Assembly (NCBI GenBank): GCA_965204725.1
Contig: OZ242005.1
Coordinates: forward strand, 2,784,001 to 2,848,000
From: Candidatus Latescibacterota bacterium
GTDB taxonomy: Bacteria; Latescibacterota; UBA2968; UBA8231
Direction of reading: 5' to 3'
Length of the DNA stretch: 64,000 bases
Below, piece by piece: positions 28,340 to 38,124 of this stretch; the stretch's first letter is position 1; each line of letters starts with the position of its first letter. Both the position numbers and the translations under genes were made by a program. Under the pieces are notes generated by a model. The model did no database searches, was not told where the DNA came from, and was given only the letters and a program-made list of their open reading frames with translations.

Positions 28340-29485
28340 TCACGTCCCCGTCGCCCACGCCCAATCCAGCCACGGGACTAGTGCTTCAATGTCGCTGGTT
28401 TCCACGGTCCCGCCACCCCAGATCCGCAGGCCGGGCGGCGCGGCGCGGTAGCCGTTGATGTCGTAGGCCACGCCTTCGGCCTCCAGCGCGGCGACCATTT
28501 GTTGGACCTTCGCTCGCTGAGCGGCCTCGCCCAAGCCTGAGTACCGCGCATCGTCAATCCGCAGGCAAATCGACGTACTAGAACGAACCGCTCGGCGCGT
28601 CGGCAAAAACGCGATCCACTCGCTTGTAGCTTCCCACTGCTCTAGCACCGCGAGGTTGGCCTGCGTGCGCCGCACGAGTTCGGGCAGGCCGCCGATGCGC
28701 TCGGCCCAGCGCAGCCCGTCGAGCGCGTCTTCCACGCACAGCAGGGAGGGCGTGTTGATGGTGTCGCCCCGGAACAGTGCCTCGTTGAGCTGGCCGCCTT
28801 GAGTCATGCGGAAGAGTTTGGGTACGGGCCAAGGCGGCGTGAAGCGGGCGAGCCGCTCAACCGCCCGCGGGCTTAGGATGAGCATTCCGTGCGCGGCCTC
28901 GCCGCCCATGACCTTTTGCCAAGAGTACGTGACTACGTCGAGCTTTTCCCACGGCAGGTTCACGGCAAAAACCGCGGACGTCGCATCGCAGATGGTCAGG
29001 CCCGTGCGGTCAGCGGCGATCCACTCGCCATCGGGCACCTTCACCCCAGAGGTTGTGCCGTTCCACGCAAAGACCACGTCGCGGTCGCCGTTGATCGAGG
29101 ACAAGTCGGGTAGCTCCCCGAAGTCAGCGTCGAAGACGCGCACGTCCTCTATCTGCAAGTGTTGGGTGATATTCGTCGCCCATCCCCGGCTGAAACTTTC
29201 CCAAGACAGCACATCCACGCCTCGGGGCCCCAACAGCGACCACAGGCACATCTCCACGGCCCCCGTATCCGAACCCGGCACCACCCCGATGCGGTAGTCT
29301 GCCGGCACCCCCAGTAGCGCACGCGACCGCTCAATGACCTCCTGTAGCTTAGCCCGCCCTTGCGCTGACCGGTGGGAGCGCCCGAGGGCTGCGTCGGCCA
29401 AAGCGGCCAAGCTCCACCCGGGGCGCTTGGCGCATGGACCCGAGGAAAAGCAGGGGTTTTGCGGTTTGACGGCTGGCTTGGTCAT
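28340..29485 (-). CDS. serC: Phosphoserine aminotransferase (Methanosarcina/alphaproteobacterial type)
   Basis: [40 protein letters not shown]. Confidence 0.93.
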   Translation of the reverse strand: MTKPAVKPQNPCFSSGPCAKRPGWSLAALADAALGRSHRSAQGRAKLQEVIERSRALLGVPADYRIGVVPGSDTGAVEMCLWSLLGPRGVDVLSWESFSRGWATNITQHLQIEDVRVFDADFGELPDLSSINGDRDVVFAWNGTTSGVKVPDGEWIAADRTGLTICDATSAVFAVNLPWEKLDVVTYSWQKVMGGEAAHGMLILSPRAVERLARFTPPWPVPKLFRMTQGGQLNEALFRGDTINTPSLLCVEDALDGLRWAERIGGLPELVRRTQANLAVLEQWEATSEWIAFLPTRRAVRSSTSICLRIDDARYSGLGEAAQRAKVQQMVAALEAEGVAYDINGYRAAPPGLRIWGGGTVETSDIEALVPWLDWAWATGT

Positions 29486-30241
29486 CTACTCGGTCCGCGC
29501 CAGCATCCCGCCATCTACGGTGAGTGCGGTTCCGGTGATAAAGGACGCCTCGTCCGAGGCGAGGAACAGCACGGCGTTGGCGATGTCCTCGCCGGTGCCT
29601 AGCCGCTTGGCGGGGACCATGTTCGCATAGCGCTGCTGTTCTCGCTCGGAGACCCCCTTCCACAAGGGCGTCAGAATGGCCCCGGGCAGTACGGCGCAGA
29701 CGCGGATGTCCGGCCCGTAGTCAATAGCGAGGGTCCGCGTCAGGCCCAAAACGCCGGCCTTGGCCGCGTCGTAGGCCGTGGCCGTGGCAAAGCTGACCAG
29801 CGAATGCACCGATCCGGTGTTGATAATCACTCCGCCCCCGGTTTTGCGCATGACCGGGATGCCGTATTTGGCGGCGAGGAAAATCGCCTTCAAGCCGATG
29901 TTTAACGTCCCGTCCCAATCCTTTTCCTCGAGTTCGGTCGCCGGGCCGTGGCGGAACCATATCGCGTTGTTGTGGACGATGTCCACCCGGCCAAAGGCTG
30001 CTTGAGTGCGCTCAAACATCTCAACAACCTCGGCGGCCTCGCCCACATTGGTACGCACGAAGATGGCCTCGCCGCCGCTGGCCTTGATTGTATCGACGAC
30101 CTGCTGGCCGCCATCAACGTTGACATCCGCGACGCACACGGCCGCCCCTTCGCACGCCAAAACCTGCGCGGTGGCTTCCCCAATCCCCGAAGCCGCGCCC
30201 GTTACAATGGCCGCCTTACCGGCGACTCGTCCCTTGGTCAT
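29486..30241 (-). CDS. SDR-family oxidoreductase
   Basis: TGAASGIG, NNA, YDAAKAG, FITG. Confidence 0.93.
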   Translation of the reverse strand: MTKGRVAGKAAIVTGAASGIGEATAQVLACEGAAVCVADVNVDGGQQVVDTIKASGGEAIFVRTNVGEAAEVVEMFERTQAAFGRVDIVHNNAIWFRHGPATELEEKDWDGTLNIGLKAIFLAAKYGIPVMRKTGGGVIINTGSVHSLVSFATATAYDAAKAGVLGLTRTLAIDYGPDIRVCAVLPGAILTPLWKGVSEREQQRYANMVPAKRLGTGEDIANAVLFLASDEASFITGTALTVDGGMLARTE

Positions 30242-30264
30242 AGTTGGTCTCCTGTGTCAGAAAT

Positions 30265-31179
30265 TTACGTTTTGTGCAAAGCGTGTTTGAAGCGATCAAT
30301 TGCCTTCTCTGCGTCCTCTGCCTCCTCAATACCCTCTCCCCGAGCGGCTTTCAGATGGAGATTCAGAGCATATTCGCAGCAATGTGCAATGTAGGCGATA
30401 AATTCGGCCAAATCTTCACTCTTGTCGGCCTGCTCCAGCGAGTTGATGTATCGGTTCCGCTCCTGTATGGGTATGATTGCCACTGTGTAGCCGTGCTTGA
30501 TTAAGATCATATTCATCAGAAGCCGAGCCATGCGTCCGTTTCCATCGTCAAAAGGATGAATGCGGACAAAGCGGTAGTGGAACGTGGCAGCTATGATAAT
30601 GGGGTGTTCGCCCTCGTTCTCGTTCCTTCTGTACCAGTCTATGAGATCGCTCATAGCCGGTTTCACCTGCTCCGGCGGCGTAAAATAGTACATCTCGCCG
30701 GTAGAAGTTCGCACGTTATTGGGCTGTGTTTTGTAATCGCCAATCGCAATGCGCCGCTTCGTGGGCTGTCCTGCGGGCGTTATGGCGTCGTTTTCATAAG
30801 GCTCCTTCAACAACACTTGATGGAGATTGCGGATGAAGACCTCGTTGAGCGATTCGTTTCTCTTTACGGCATCCTCTATCGCCTTTACCGCCTCGTCATG
30901 CCCCTCGATGTCTAGGTGATCACGCATGGGCTTCCCGCGGGCCGTAAGCCCATGGAGGATCAGGCTCCTCGTTTCGCCGAGGGTCAGGCTGTTGCCTTCT
31001 ATCGCATTGGAATGATAGTTCGACTCAAGCCTGAGCTTTTGTTCTATCCGTCCCACGACATCAGCCGGCAATGGCCGCAATGCGTCCAATTCCCCTTTCA
31101 GGCGATCAATTTCTTCAAGGATCGTCGCGCCAGCCGAAGCGTCAATGCTGCTCATGATTTTCTTATCGTCTAGCCTCAT
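30265..31179 (-). CDS. Fic-family protein (class II-like, N-terminal inhibitory motif)
   Basis: HPFDDGNGRMAR and SNAIEGN. Confidence 0.92.
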   Translation of the reverse strand: MRLDDKKIMSSIDASAGATILEEIDRLKGELDALRPLPADVVGRIEQKLRLESNYHSNAIEGNSLTLGETRSLILHGLTARGKPMRDHLDIEGHDEAVKAIEDAVKRNESLNEVFIRNLHQVLLKEPYENDAITPAGQPTKRRIAIGDYKTQPNNVRTSTGEMYYFTPPEQVKPAMSDLIDWYRRNENEGEHPIIIAATFHYRFVRIHPFDDGNGRMARLLMNMILIKHGYTVAIIPIQERNRYINSLEQADKSEDLAEFIAYIAHCCEYALNLHLKAARGEGIEEAEDAEKAIDRFKHALHKT

Positions 31180-31185
31180 GGCCGC

Positions 31186-31530
31186 TCAGATGTGCAATTG
31201 CAAGTCAAACACGAGTTCCATGTTGGCCCACCACTCTCCCTCTTTGGCTTCGGGCACCTGCTGCTGAAAGGTCCGCATCAGCTCGTCCCACTCCTTCGCT
31301 TTGGGGTTCTGCTCGACATAGCGCGGAAAGTCGCGGAGTGGATCGAACTCGTCGGTGGCGGTCATGTACATGAACATCCGCTGCCCCAAGAGAAAAATTT
31401 TCATGTCGGTGATGCCGATCTCGGCTAGGCCCTGAAGCGGCTCGGGCCACGGGTCGGCGTGGTATGCCTTGTACTGGGCGATCAGCTCGGGATCGTCCTT
31501 TAGCTCAATGGTTAGGCCAAAGTGCTGCAT
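31186..31530 (-). CDS. L-rhamnose mutarotase-family protein
   Basis: YKAYHADPWPE, MFMYM, WDELM, MELVFDL. Confidence 0.85.
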   Translation of the reverse strand: MQHFGLTIELKDDPELIAQYKAYHADPWPEPLQGLAEIGITDMKIFLLGQRMFMYMTATDEFDPLRDFPRYVEQNPKAKEWDELMRTFQQQVPEAKEGEWWANMELVFDLQLHI

Positions 31531-32852
31531 TGCGTTCCTCCTTGGTGTTCAGCGCGGTAAGCCGCGGCCAAAAGCGATACGGGGTGGACGACGACCACGG
31601 CCGCTTGGGCGCGGCGGACGCCGTATTGGAGCTGGATGGCACAGCCTGTGTTGCCCGTGGCGACTGCGGTCGCGCCGGTCGCGCACACGTGCGCCATCTT
31701 GCGGTCGAGTAGCTGCATAGACAGCTCGGGCTGGGTGATGTTGTAGATGCCGGCACTGCCGCAGCACCAGTCGGCCTCTAACAGCGGCACGAGTTCCAAA
31801 TTCGGTACGGCTTGGAGCACCGCTCGCGGGGCCGCGGAAACCCGCTGCCCGTGCTTGAGGTGGCACGACTCGTGATAGGCGACCTGTTGGGGGGGCATTG
31901 TGGCGCGAGGTGGGCGCAAGCCGATGGCGGCGAGCCACTCGTGGACGTCCTTTGTTTTTTTGCTCCACTCGGCAGCCCGCTCTGCGTAGGCCGAATCGTC
32001 GGCCAGCAAACGGTCGTAGTGCTTGCAGTGCAAGCCGCAGCCACCGGCGTTGACGACGATTGCGTCCAGATTTTCAGCGTCAAACGCATCGATATTGATC
32101 CGCGCCTGCTGCCGCGCCTGTTCAACCGCGCCGTTGTGCGCGTGCAGCGAGCCGCAACACGCCTGTCCATCCGGCAGCAGCACTTGGCAGCCGTTGTGCT
32201 GCAACACGCATATCGTATCGGCGTTTACCTCGGCAAAGGATACGTCTTGGACGCAGCCGGCCAACAGCGCGACCCGGTAGCGCGGTGCGGGCGGATTCGC
32301 CTGCTGCAAACCTCGGCGATACAGCTGGTCGGTAAAGCGCGGAGAAATCTGCGGCGCCAGCGGCTCTAGGGCACCTAAGCCAAAGGGCAGCAGCCTGAGA
32401 AGGCCGCTGCGGCGCGCTAGGGTTTGCAGGCCGCTGCGTTGGAAGGCACGCAACAAGCGCGCCGCGACCCGCAGGCGCGTCTGGTTGGCAAAGAGCCAGC
32501 CGAGGACCCAACGGCGCACAAAATTCCGCACAGTGCCGTCGAGCAAGCCCTGCCGCTCCACTTCGGCGCGCGCATTTTCAAATAGCGCGGCGTAATCCAC
32601 GCCAGCCGGGCACGCCGTCTGACAGGCGAGGCAGCCTAGGCAGAAGTACATCTCGTCGGCAAAGGTCGCACTCGCCTCCAGCTCGCCATCGGCGATGGCC
32701 CGCATCATGGCGATCCGCCCTCTGGGCGAAGAGCGCTCGTGCAGGGTTGCGTCGTACGTCGGGCAGGTCGGCAAGCAGAGGCCGCAGTGCATGCACTGCT
32801 GGAGTGCGGAGTAATCCAGACCGCGCAGTAGGTTGAGACCGTCGTCGCTCAA
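31512..32852 (-). CDS. glcF: Glycolate oxidase Fe-S subunit-like
   Basis: CMHCGLCLPTCPTY, CLGCLACQTACP, CCG domains. Confidence 0.88.
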   Translation of the reverse strand: MSDDGLNLLRGLDYSALQQCMHCGLCLPTCPTYDATLHERSSPRGRIAMMRAIADGELEASATFADEMYFCLGCLACQTACPAGVDYAALFENARAEVERQGLLDGTVRNFVRRWVLGWLFANQTRLRVAARLLRAFQRSGLQTLARRSGLLRLLPFGLGALEPLAPQISPRFTDQLYRRGLQQANPPAPRYRVALLAGCVQDVSFAEVNADTICVLQHNGCQVLLPDGQACCGSLHAHNGAVEQARQQARINIDAFDAENLDAIVVNAGGCGLHCKHYDRLLADDSAYAERAAEWSKKTKDVHEWLAAIGLRPPRATMPPQQVAYHESCHLKHGQRVSAAPRAVLQAVPNLELVPLLEADWCCGSAGIYNITQPELSMQLLDRKMAHVCATGATAVATGNTGCAIQLQYGVRRAQAAVVVVHPVSLLAAAYRAEHQGGTQCSTLA

Positions 32853-34228
32853 TCGAACATGTTCCCCGGGTTTAGGATGCCCTTGGGGTCAAAGGCGGCC
32901 TTGACGCGCTTGATAATTTCCAGCCCCACCGGCCCGACTTGCCGCGGCAAATAGGGCTTTTTGGCCAAGCCAACCCCGTGCTCACCCGTGATGGTTCCGC
33001 CCAATTTTACGGCATGGGCAAAAACCTCGGCCATGGCCTTTTCGACGCTGGCCATTTCGTCCGAGTCGCGCTCGTCGCACAAAAAGGTGGGGTGTAGGTT
33101 GCCGTCGCCGAAGTGGCCGAAGGTCCCCACCCGCACTTGGTGCCGCTGGCCGACCTCCTGTAGGTAGGCCACCATGGCCGCTAGCTCGCTGCGCGGTACT
33201 GTGACGTCCTCCAACACCACTGTCGGAGCACGCCGCGCCAGCGCACTAAAGGCCGTGCGCCGAGCTGCTGCGAGCTGCTGAGCCTCGGCGGCCGATTCGG
33301 CGAGTCGCACCGAGCGGGCACCGCCCTCGCGGGCAATGGCCTCAATTTGGGCGGCCTGCTCGGCGACCTGTGCCGGGTGTCCATCTACCTCCATCAGCAG
33401 CACGGCCGCGCAATCCGTCGGCAGGCCAATGCCGGCGTGGGCCTCCACGCACTCGATAGTGGTGCGGTCGAGGAATTCGAGGGTGCAGGGGATGATTTTG
33501 TGCGCGATAATCGCCGAGACCGTGGCCGCAGCCTGCGTCATCTCGTCGTACAGGCCGAGCAAGGTTTTCTTGCTCGCGGGTGCTGGGACCAACTTGAGCG
33601 CGATCTGGGTAATGACCCCGAGCATGCCCTCGGAGCCGACGAACAGATCTTTGAGCGTGAAACCAGCCACGTCCTTGACGCATTTGTTGCCGGTCTCCAA
33701 CACCTGCCCATCGGCTAGGACCACCTCCAGCCCCATCACGTAGTCGCGTGTCACGCCGTATTTTAACCCGCGCAGTCCGCCGGAATTGTTGGCCACATTG
33801 CCGCCGATAGTCGAAATCTTGATCGAACCGGGGTCCGGGGGATAAAATAGGCCGGCGGCTTGGGCCGCGTCGGCGATTTGCTGAGTGAGAACCCCCGGCT
33901 GGACGACCATGACTAGGTTGGCCGCGTCCAGCTCTAAGATCTGGTTGAGCCGGACCAAGCAGAGCGCGACCCCCCCTTGCGAGGGCACCGATCCTCCGGC
34001 CAACCCAGTGCCCGAGCCGCGCGGCACTACGGGGACCCCTCGCTGGTTGCACCGGGCCAAGAGTTGGACGACCTCCTCCCGGCTCTCCGGCAGGGCCACG
34101 CAACAGGGTCGCTGGTGCAGCAGGGCGGTCCCGTCGAACGCATAAACGCTGCAATCCTCGGCCGAGGTCAACAACTGGTCCGGGCGTAGGAAGGTGCTGA
34201 GATCGCCTATTAGGGCGGCGTGATCCAT
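32849..34228 (-). CDS. glcD: Glycolate oxidase FAD-linked subunit-like
   Basis: RGSGTGLAGG, PPDPGS, GHFGDGNLH, GEHGVG, LNPG. Start at MDHAAL. Confidence 0.88.
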   Translation of the reverse strand: MDHAALIGDLSTFLRPDQLLTSAEDCSVYAFDGTALLHQRPCCVALPESREEVVQLLARCNQRGVPVVPRGSGTGLAGGSVPSQGGVALCLVRLNQILELDAANLVMVVQPGVLTQQIADAAQAAGLFYPPDPGSIKISTIGGNVANNSGGLRGLKYGVTRDYVMGLEVVLADGQVLETGNKCVKDVAGFTLKDLFVGSEGMLGVITQIALKLVPAPASKKTLLGLYDEMTQAAATVSAIIAHKIIPCTLEFLDRTTIECVEAHAGIGLPTDCAAVLLMEVDGHPAQVAEQAAQIEAIAREGGARSVRLAESAAEAQQLAAARRTAFSALARRAPTVVLEDVTVPRSELAAMVAYLQEVGQRHQVRVGTFGHFGDGNLHPTFLCDERDSDEMASVEKAMAEVFAHAVKLGGTITGEHGVGLAKKPYLPRQVGPVGLEIIKRVKAAFDPKGILNPGNMFD

Positions 34229-34241
34229 GGCGGTGCGCCCC

Positions 34242-35003
34242 TTATGCGCTCGGCGGCTGGCGGCGCTGCAACTCGCTGGGCAGGTGCTCAGTGCGGTTGA
34301 CATATTGGATGGAGACCAAGGCGGGGTCGTGGCGCAGGGAGACGCGGGTGATGGCCGTGTTGTCGTGTTCGTAGTAAAAGCCCCCTTGTATCGCAGCGAA
34401 TTCGCTTTCGCGGTAAAAGCCTTCGCCTTTGCCCCGCAGCTTGTTGTCCAAGGCCCTCAGCAGCAGGCTCATAAAGCCGGCGTGAGTTACCAAGCCGATG
34501 CGCGTCCTTTCCCCCGCCCGCGCTAGCAAGGCGGTAGCGGCGTCGATAGCGCGGCACTGGACCTGCTGACTCGTTTCCACGCCCTCGCTCCACCACCCGT
34601 CCTCGCCGACTTCCGCTGGCACGACGCTGGCTGGAAAACGCGCAGCAATCTCCGCTCGCGTCAGCCCGGGATAGCCCACGACGCCCCGCTCGCCGCGGTC
34701 GAGATAAATGCCGCCGATCTCGTGAATGGCCACCCAGACCTCGGGGGCCGATTCCATGGCCCGTCCGATTTCTTGCGCTGTGTGCAGGGCGCGGATCATT
34801 GCACTGCAATAAAGCCGATCGAGAAAGGGCCGACCCGCTGTGCGCTCGGCCGGGGTCAGGTGCAACCCCTCTGCTAGATACGCCGCCACTCGTTTGGCCT
34901 GTGCCCGGCCGGTAGCGGTCAATTCGGGATCGGCGACGCGCTGGCTAGCATCGGCCAGCGCATTGTTGGTGGACTCGCCGTGGCGGATTAGAAATAGGTC
35001 CAT
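34242..35003 (-). CDS. Histidine phosphatase (phosphoglycerate mutase family)
   Basis: LIRHGES, RALHTA, VTHAG, NTAIT. Confidence 0.9.
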   Translation of the reverse strand: MDLFLIRHGESTNNALADASQRVADPELTATGRAQAKRVAAYLAEGLHLTPAERTAGRPFLDRLYCSAMIRALHTAQEIGRAMESAPEVWVAIHEIGGIYLDRGERGVVGYPGLTRAEIAARFPASVVPAEVGEDGWWSEGVETSQQVQCRAIDAATALLARAGERTRIGLVTHAGFMSLLLRALDNKLRGKGEGFYRESEFAAIQGGFYYEHDNTAITRVSLRHDPALVSIQYVNRTEHLPSELQRRQPPSA

Positions 35004-35121
35004 ATAGTAGTCCTAAATGACCTGAAAGCATGGAATGTTCATCGGCACCGTCTTTTTGTTTATGAGGCGTCATTCCCGCGAAAGCGGGAATCCAGTCTTG
35101 AAGGATGTTAGGATTGCTATA
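35003..35121. mobile_element. 119-bp MITE-like element, copy 2 (inverted relative to copy 1)
   Basis: TATAGTAGTCCTAAATGA...GTCATTCCCGCGAAAGCGGGAATCC...TAGGATTGCTATA. Confidence 0.85.
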
Positions 35122-35194
35122 GCATTCTTGACAGTAGTACGGATAGTGGTTAGTGGTTAATGCCCACGTACTTCCCACCACTTTCCTAAATGTT

Positions 35195-36682
35195 ATGGAC
35201 ATTAAAGTAATACAGGGAGCCATTCAAAAACAGGACGCGGACGTCCTCGTGGTCAATCTCTTTGCCGGAGCGCGTCCCGGCGGGGCTACGAGTGCGGTTG
35301 ACCAAGCCCTAGGCGGCCAAATCTCAGCGGCGATTGACTTGGGCGACTTCGAGGGCAAGGCCGGACAGACCCTGCTGCTGTACTCGCACGGCCAGATCCC
35401 AGCCCCGCGCATCCTCGTCGTCGGCTTGGGCGAGCAGGAGGGCTTTGATCTCGAAAGGGCGCGCCGCGCCGCGGGCACGGCTATCGGCACCCTCAGCCGC
35501 TTGGGTGCCAAAAGCGCGGCCACCATCCTTCACGGCACGGGCGCGGGCAACCTGCCCGTCGGGCCAGCCGCGCAAGCGGTGGCCGAAGCATCGCTGTTGG
35601 CAGCCTATCGCTTTGACGAGTACCGCTCGCAACCCCGCCCGCAGCCGCTGACCAAGCTGCGCATCGTAGAGTTCGACGCGACCAAGCTCAAAGAGGCGCG
35701 GCGCGGAATGCGGCGAGGCCGCGCCCTCGCGGAGGCCACCTGCCTTGCCCGCGACTTGGTGAATCACCCCGGCGACGAGGTTACACCGGCCTACTTGGCC
35801 CGCACGGCCCGCCGCCTAGCCAAAACCCACGATTTGCGCTGCCGGGTTTTCAGCGCGAAAGGCTTGGCCCAGCTAGGGATGGGCGCCCTGTTGGCCGTTG
35901 GCCAAGGCAGCGCCAACAAGCCGCGTTTCATCGTCCTCGAACACGGCCCCCACAAGGGAGAGCCGCTGGTGTTTGTCGGCAAGGGCATCACCTTTGACAG
36001 CGGCGGCCTATCGCTCAAGACCGTCGAGGGCATCCGCACGATGAAGACCGACATGTCCGGTGCGGCGGCCGTCTTGGGAGCTATGCAGGCGGTGGCCGCC
36101 CTCGGCCTCAAGCGGCGGGTCGTCGGCCTGATCGCCGCCGCTGAGAACATGCCCTCCAGCACCGCCTTTCGTCCCGACGACGTCCTGCGCACCCTCGCTG
36201 GCAAGACCATCGAGATCGTCAGCACAGACGCCGAGGGCCGCCTCGTCTTGGCCGACGCGCTCGCCTACGCCACCCGCTACGAACCGGCCGTGGTCATCGA
36301 TTTGGCTACCCTCACCGGCGCTTGTGTTACCGCGCTGGGGCACCATGCTTCGGGCCTGTTTGCCAACGACGACGACTTAGCAAATCGGCTGCTCGCGGCC
36401 GGCGAGCAAACCGGCGAGCGGCTCTGGCGGCTGCCGTTGTGGCCCGAGTACCGCGACCAGATCGACAGCGACATCGCCGACATGAAAAACTCAGGCGGTC
36501 GGCCCGCGGGTGCCAGTACGGCCGCCGCGCTCTTGGCCGAGTTTGCCCCCTACTCGTGGGCGCACCTCGACATCGCCGGCACCGCTTGGTGCGAAAAGGC
36601 CAAGCCTTACGTGCCGCGAGGCGGCGTCGGCATTGGTGTGCGCTTGTTGACCCAACTTGCCCTCGATTGGAGCTCATCATGA
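35195..36682 (+). CDS. pepA: Leucyl aminopeptidase (M17)
   Basis: VGKGITFDSGG, MKTDMSGAA, STDAEGRL, DLATLTGA, HLDIAG. Confidence 0.95.
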   Translation: MDIKVIQGAIQKQDADVLVVNLFAGARPGGATSAVDQALGGQISAAIDLGDFEGKAGQTLLLYSHGQIPAPRILVVGLGEQEGFDLERARRAAGTAIGTLSRLGAKSAATILHGTGAGNLPVGPAAQAVAEASLLAAYRFDEYRSQPRPQPLTKLRIVEFDATKLKEARRGMRRGRALAEATCLARDLVNHPGDEVTPAYLARTARRLAKTHDLRCRVFSAKGLAQLGMGALLAVGQGSANKPRFIVLEHGPHKGEPLVFVGKGITFDSGGLSLKTVEGIRTMKTDMSGAAAVLGAMQAVAALGLKRRVVGLIAAAENMPSSTAFRPDDVLRTLAGKTIEIVSTDAEGRLVLADALAYATRYEPAVVIDLATLTGACVTALGHHASGLFANDDDLANRLLAAGEQTGERLWRLPLWPEYRDQIDSDIADMKNSGGRPAGASTAAALLAEFAPYSWAHLDIAGTAWCEKAKPYVPRGGVGIGVRLLTQLALDWSSS

Positions 36683-37671
36683 CTATTCGCACGATCCACC
36701 TAGGGGCCGGTGGCCGCGGCCGCTGGCCCCTAAACCGCTTCCGCGACCGCACGGACTTTGAGGCCGTCGCCTTAGTCGATGTTAGCGAGGAGAACCTCGC
36801 GGCCACACGCGAGACGACCCGCCTCGGTGAAGAAGCGTGTTTTTCTACGCTCGCCGATGCCCTGCAAGCCGTTGACGCGGACGCCGTAGTGGTCATTACG
36901 CCGCCCGATCTACACGCTGGCCAGTGCTTGGAGGCGGTCCGCGCTGGCAAGCACGTACTGGTGGAAAAGCCTTTTACCAAAGACCTCGGCCAAGCGCGGC
37001 AAATCGTCGCTGAGGCCACCGAGCGCGACCTCAAGGTCGCCGTCACCCAAAACGCCCGCTACTATCCGCCGGTCCTGACTATTCGCCGCTTGCTGCAAAG
37101 CGGCGAGTTGGGCCACCCTTCCTTTGGCTTGATGACCAAATACGGCTGGCGTCCGCGGGTGCATCATTCGGGTGCGGACCAGCACGCCTATTTGTGGGAG
37201 CGCGGCATCCACGACTTCGATCAACTGCGCCACCTGCTCGACGCCGAGCCGCGGCGGCTGTTCTGCCACAGCTTCAATCCGCCTTGGAGTCCGTACAGCG
37301 GCGGCGCGGCCATTGACGGCTGGATCGAGTTCCACAACGGCACCACGTTCAACTTCCAATGCACCTTCGCCACCCACAAAGGCGGCTCGAGCTGGCGGCT
37401 GGACTGCGAGCAGGGCACGGTTGAAGAAGTCGCTGGCGGCTTGGCGATCCGGCGTCCCGGAGCCGACAGCGACGAGATCATCCCCATGGACGAAAACCCC
37501 CATCCCGAAGAAGTCCTCTTAGACGGCTTCCGCGACTTCGTGCTCCACGGCGTGGAGCCGCCCTTCTCAGGCCGGCGCAACTTGGCGACTGTGGGCCTGA
37601 TCAACGCCTTAGGCTCCTCGTCAGAGCAAGGCGTTGTAATTGACTTCGACGAGTACATGGCTGCCGAATAG
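36679..37671 (+). CDS. Gfo/Idh/MocA oxidoreductase
   Basis: HLGAGGRG, GKHVLVEKP, GIHDFD. Confidence 0.9.
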   Translation: MTIRTIHLGAGGRGRWPLNRFRDRTDFEAVALVDVSEENLAATRETTRLGEEACFSTLADALQAVDADAVVVITPPDLHAGQCLEAVRAGKHVLVEKPFTKDLGQARQIVAEATERDLKVAVTQNARYYPPVLTIRRLLQSGELGHPSFGLMTKYGWRPRVHHSGADQHAYLWERGIHDFDQLRHLLDAEPRRLFCHSFNPPWSPYSGGAAIDGWIEFHNGTTFNFQCTFATHKGGSSWRLDCEQGTVEEVAGGLAIRRPGADSDEIIPMDENPHPEEVLLDGFRDFVLHGVEPPFSGRRNLATVGLINALGSSSEQGVVIDFDEYMAAE

Positions 37672-38075
37672 GCAAAAGTCCAAGCCTACTTGGTTTTCGC
37701 GGACGAGCGATACCGCTTCTCTAGCAAGAAGCCCTCTACTCGTGCGCCATGGCGCGAAACAGGGGCCGGACATCTCGTTCCGCAACTAATATCGCGCCCG
37801 TTCTGTTTCGCTTGCAGGAATACGACAATAGGTGCTATCAGCGGATCGTAGATACCATTCGGCTGATCCTGCCTTTCTTTTTTAATTTCGCATTAGAGCC
37901 ACAGTACAATCGTCTTCTCCTGAACTGGCGCGAGCGCAACAGCGATCAGGTATTCAGCGTGGCGCAGGCGTCGGATAGCATGTTGCGAGTCTTATCGCTA
38001 GTCACTCTTCTCTTGCAGCCAGAACGGGATTTGCCGGACGTTCTGATCCTCGACGAACCAGAACTTGGATTGCAC
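37672..38075 (+). pseudogene. Truncated AAA_21/AbiEii-type ABC ATPase remnant
   Basis: QASDSMLRVLSLVTLLLQP...VLILDEPELGLH (signature and Walker B). No Walker A, and the sequence breaks off after GLH. Confidence 0.7.
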
Positions 38076-38124
38076 CTGCAGGATCGGGTGTCGTTCTTGT
38101 GGCTGTTCAAAAAGGAGAATGACG

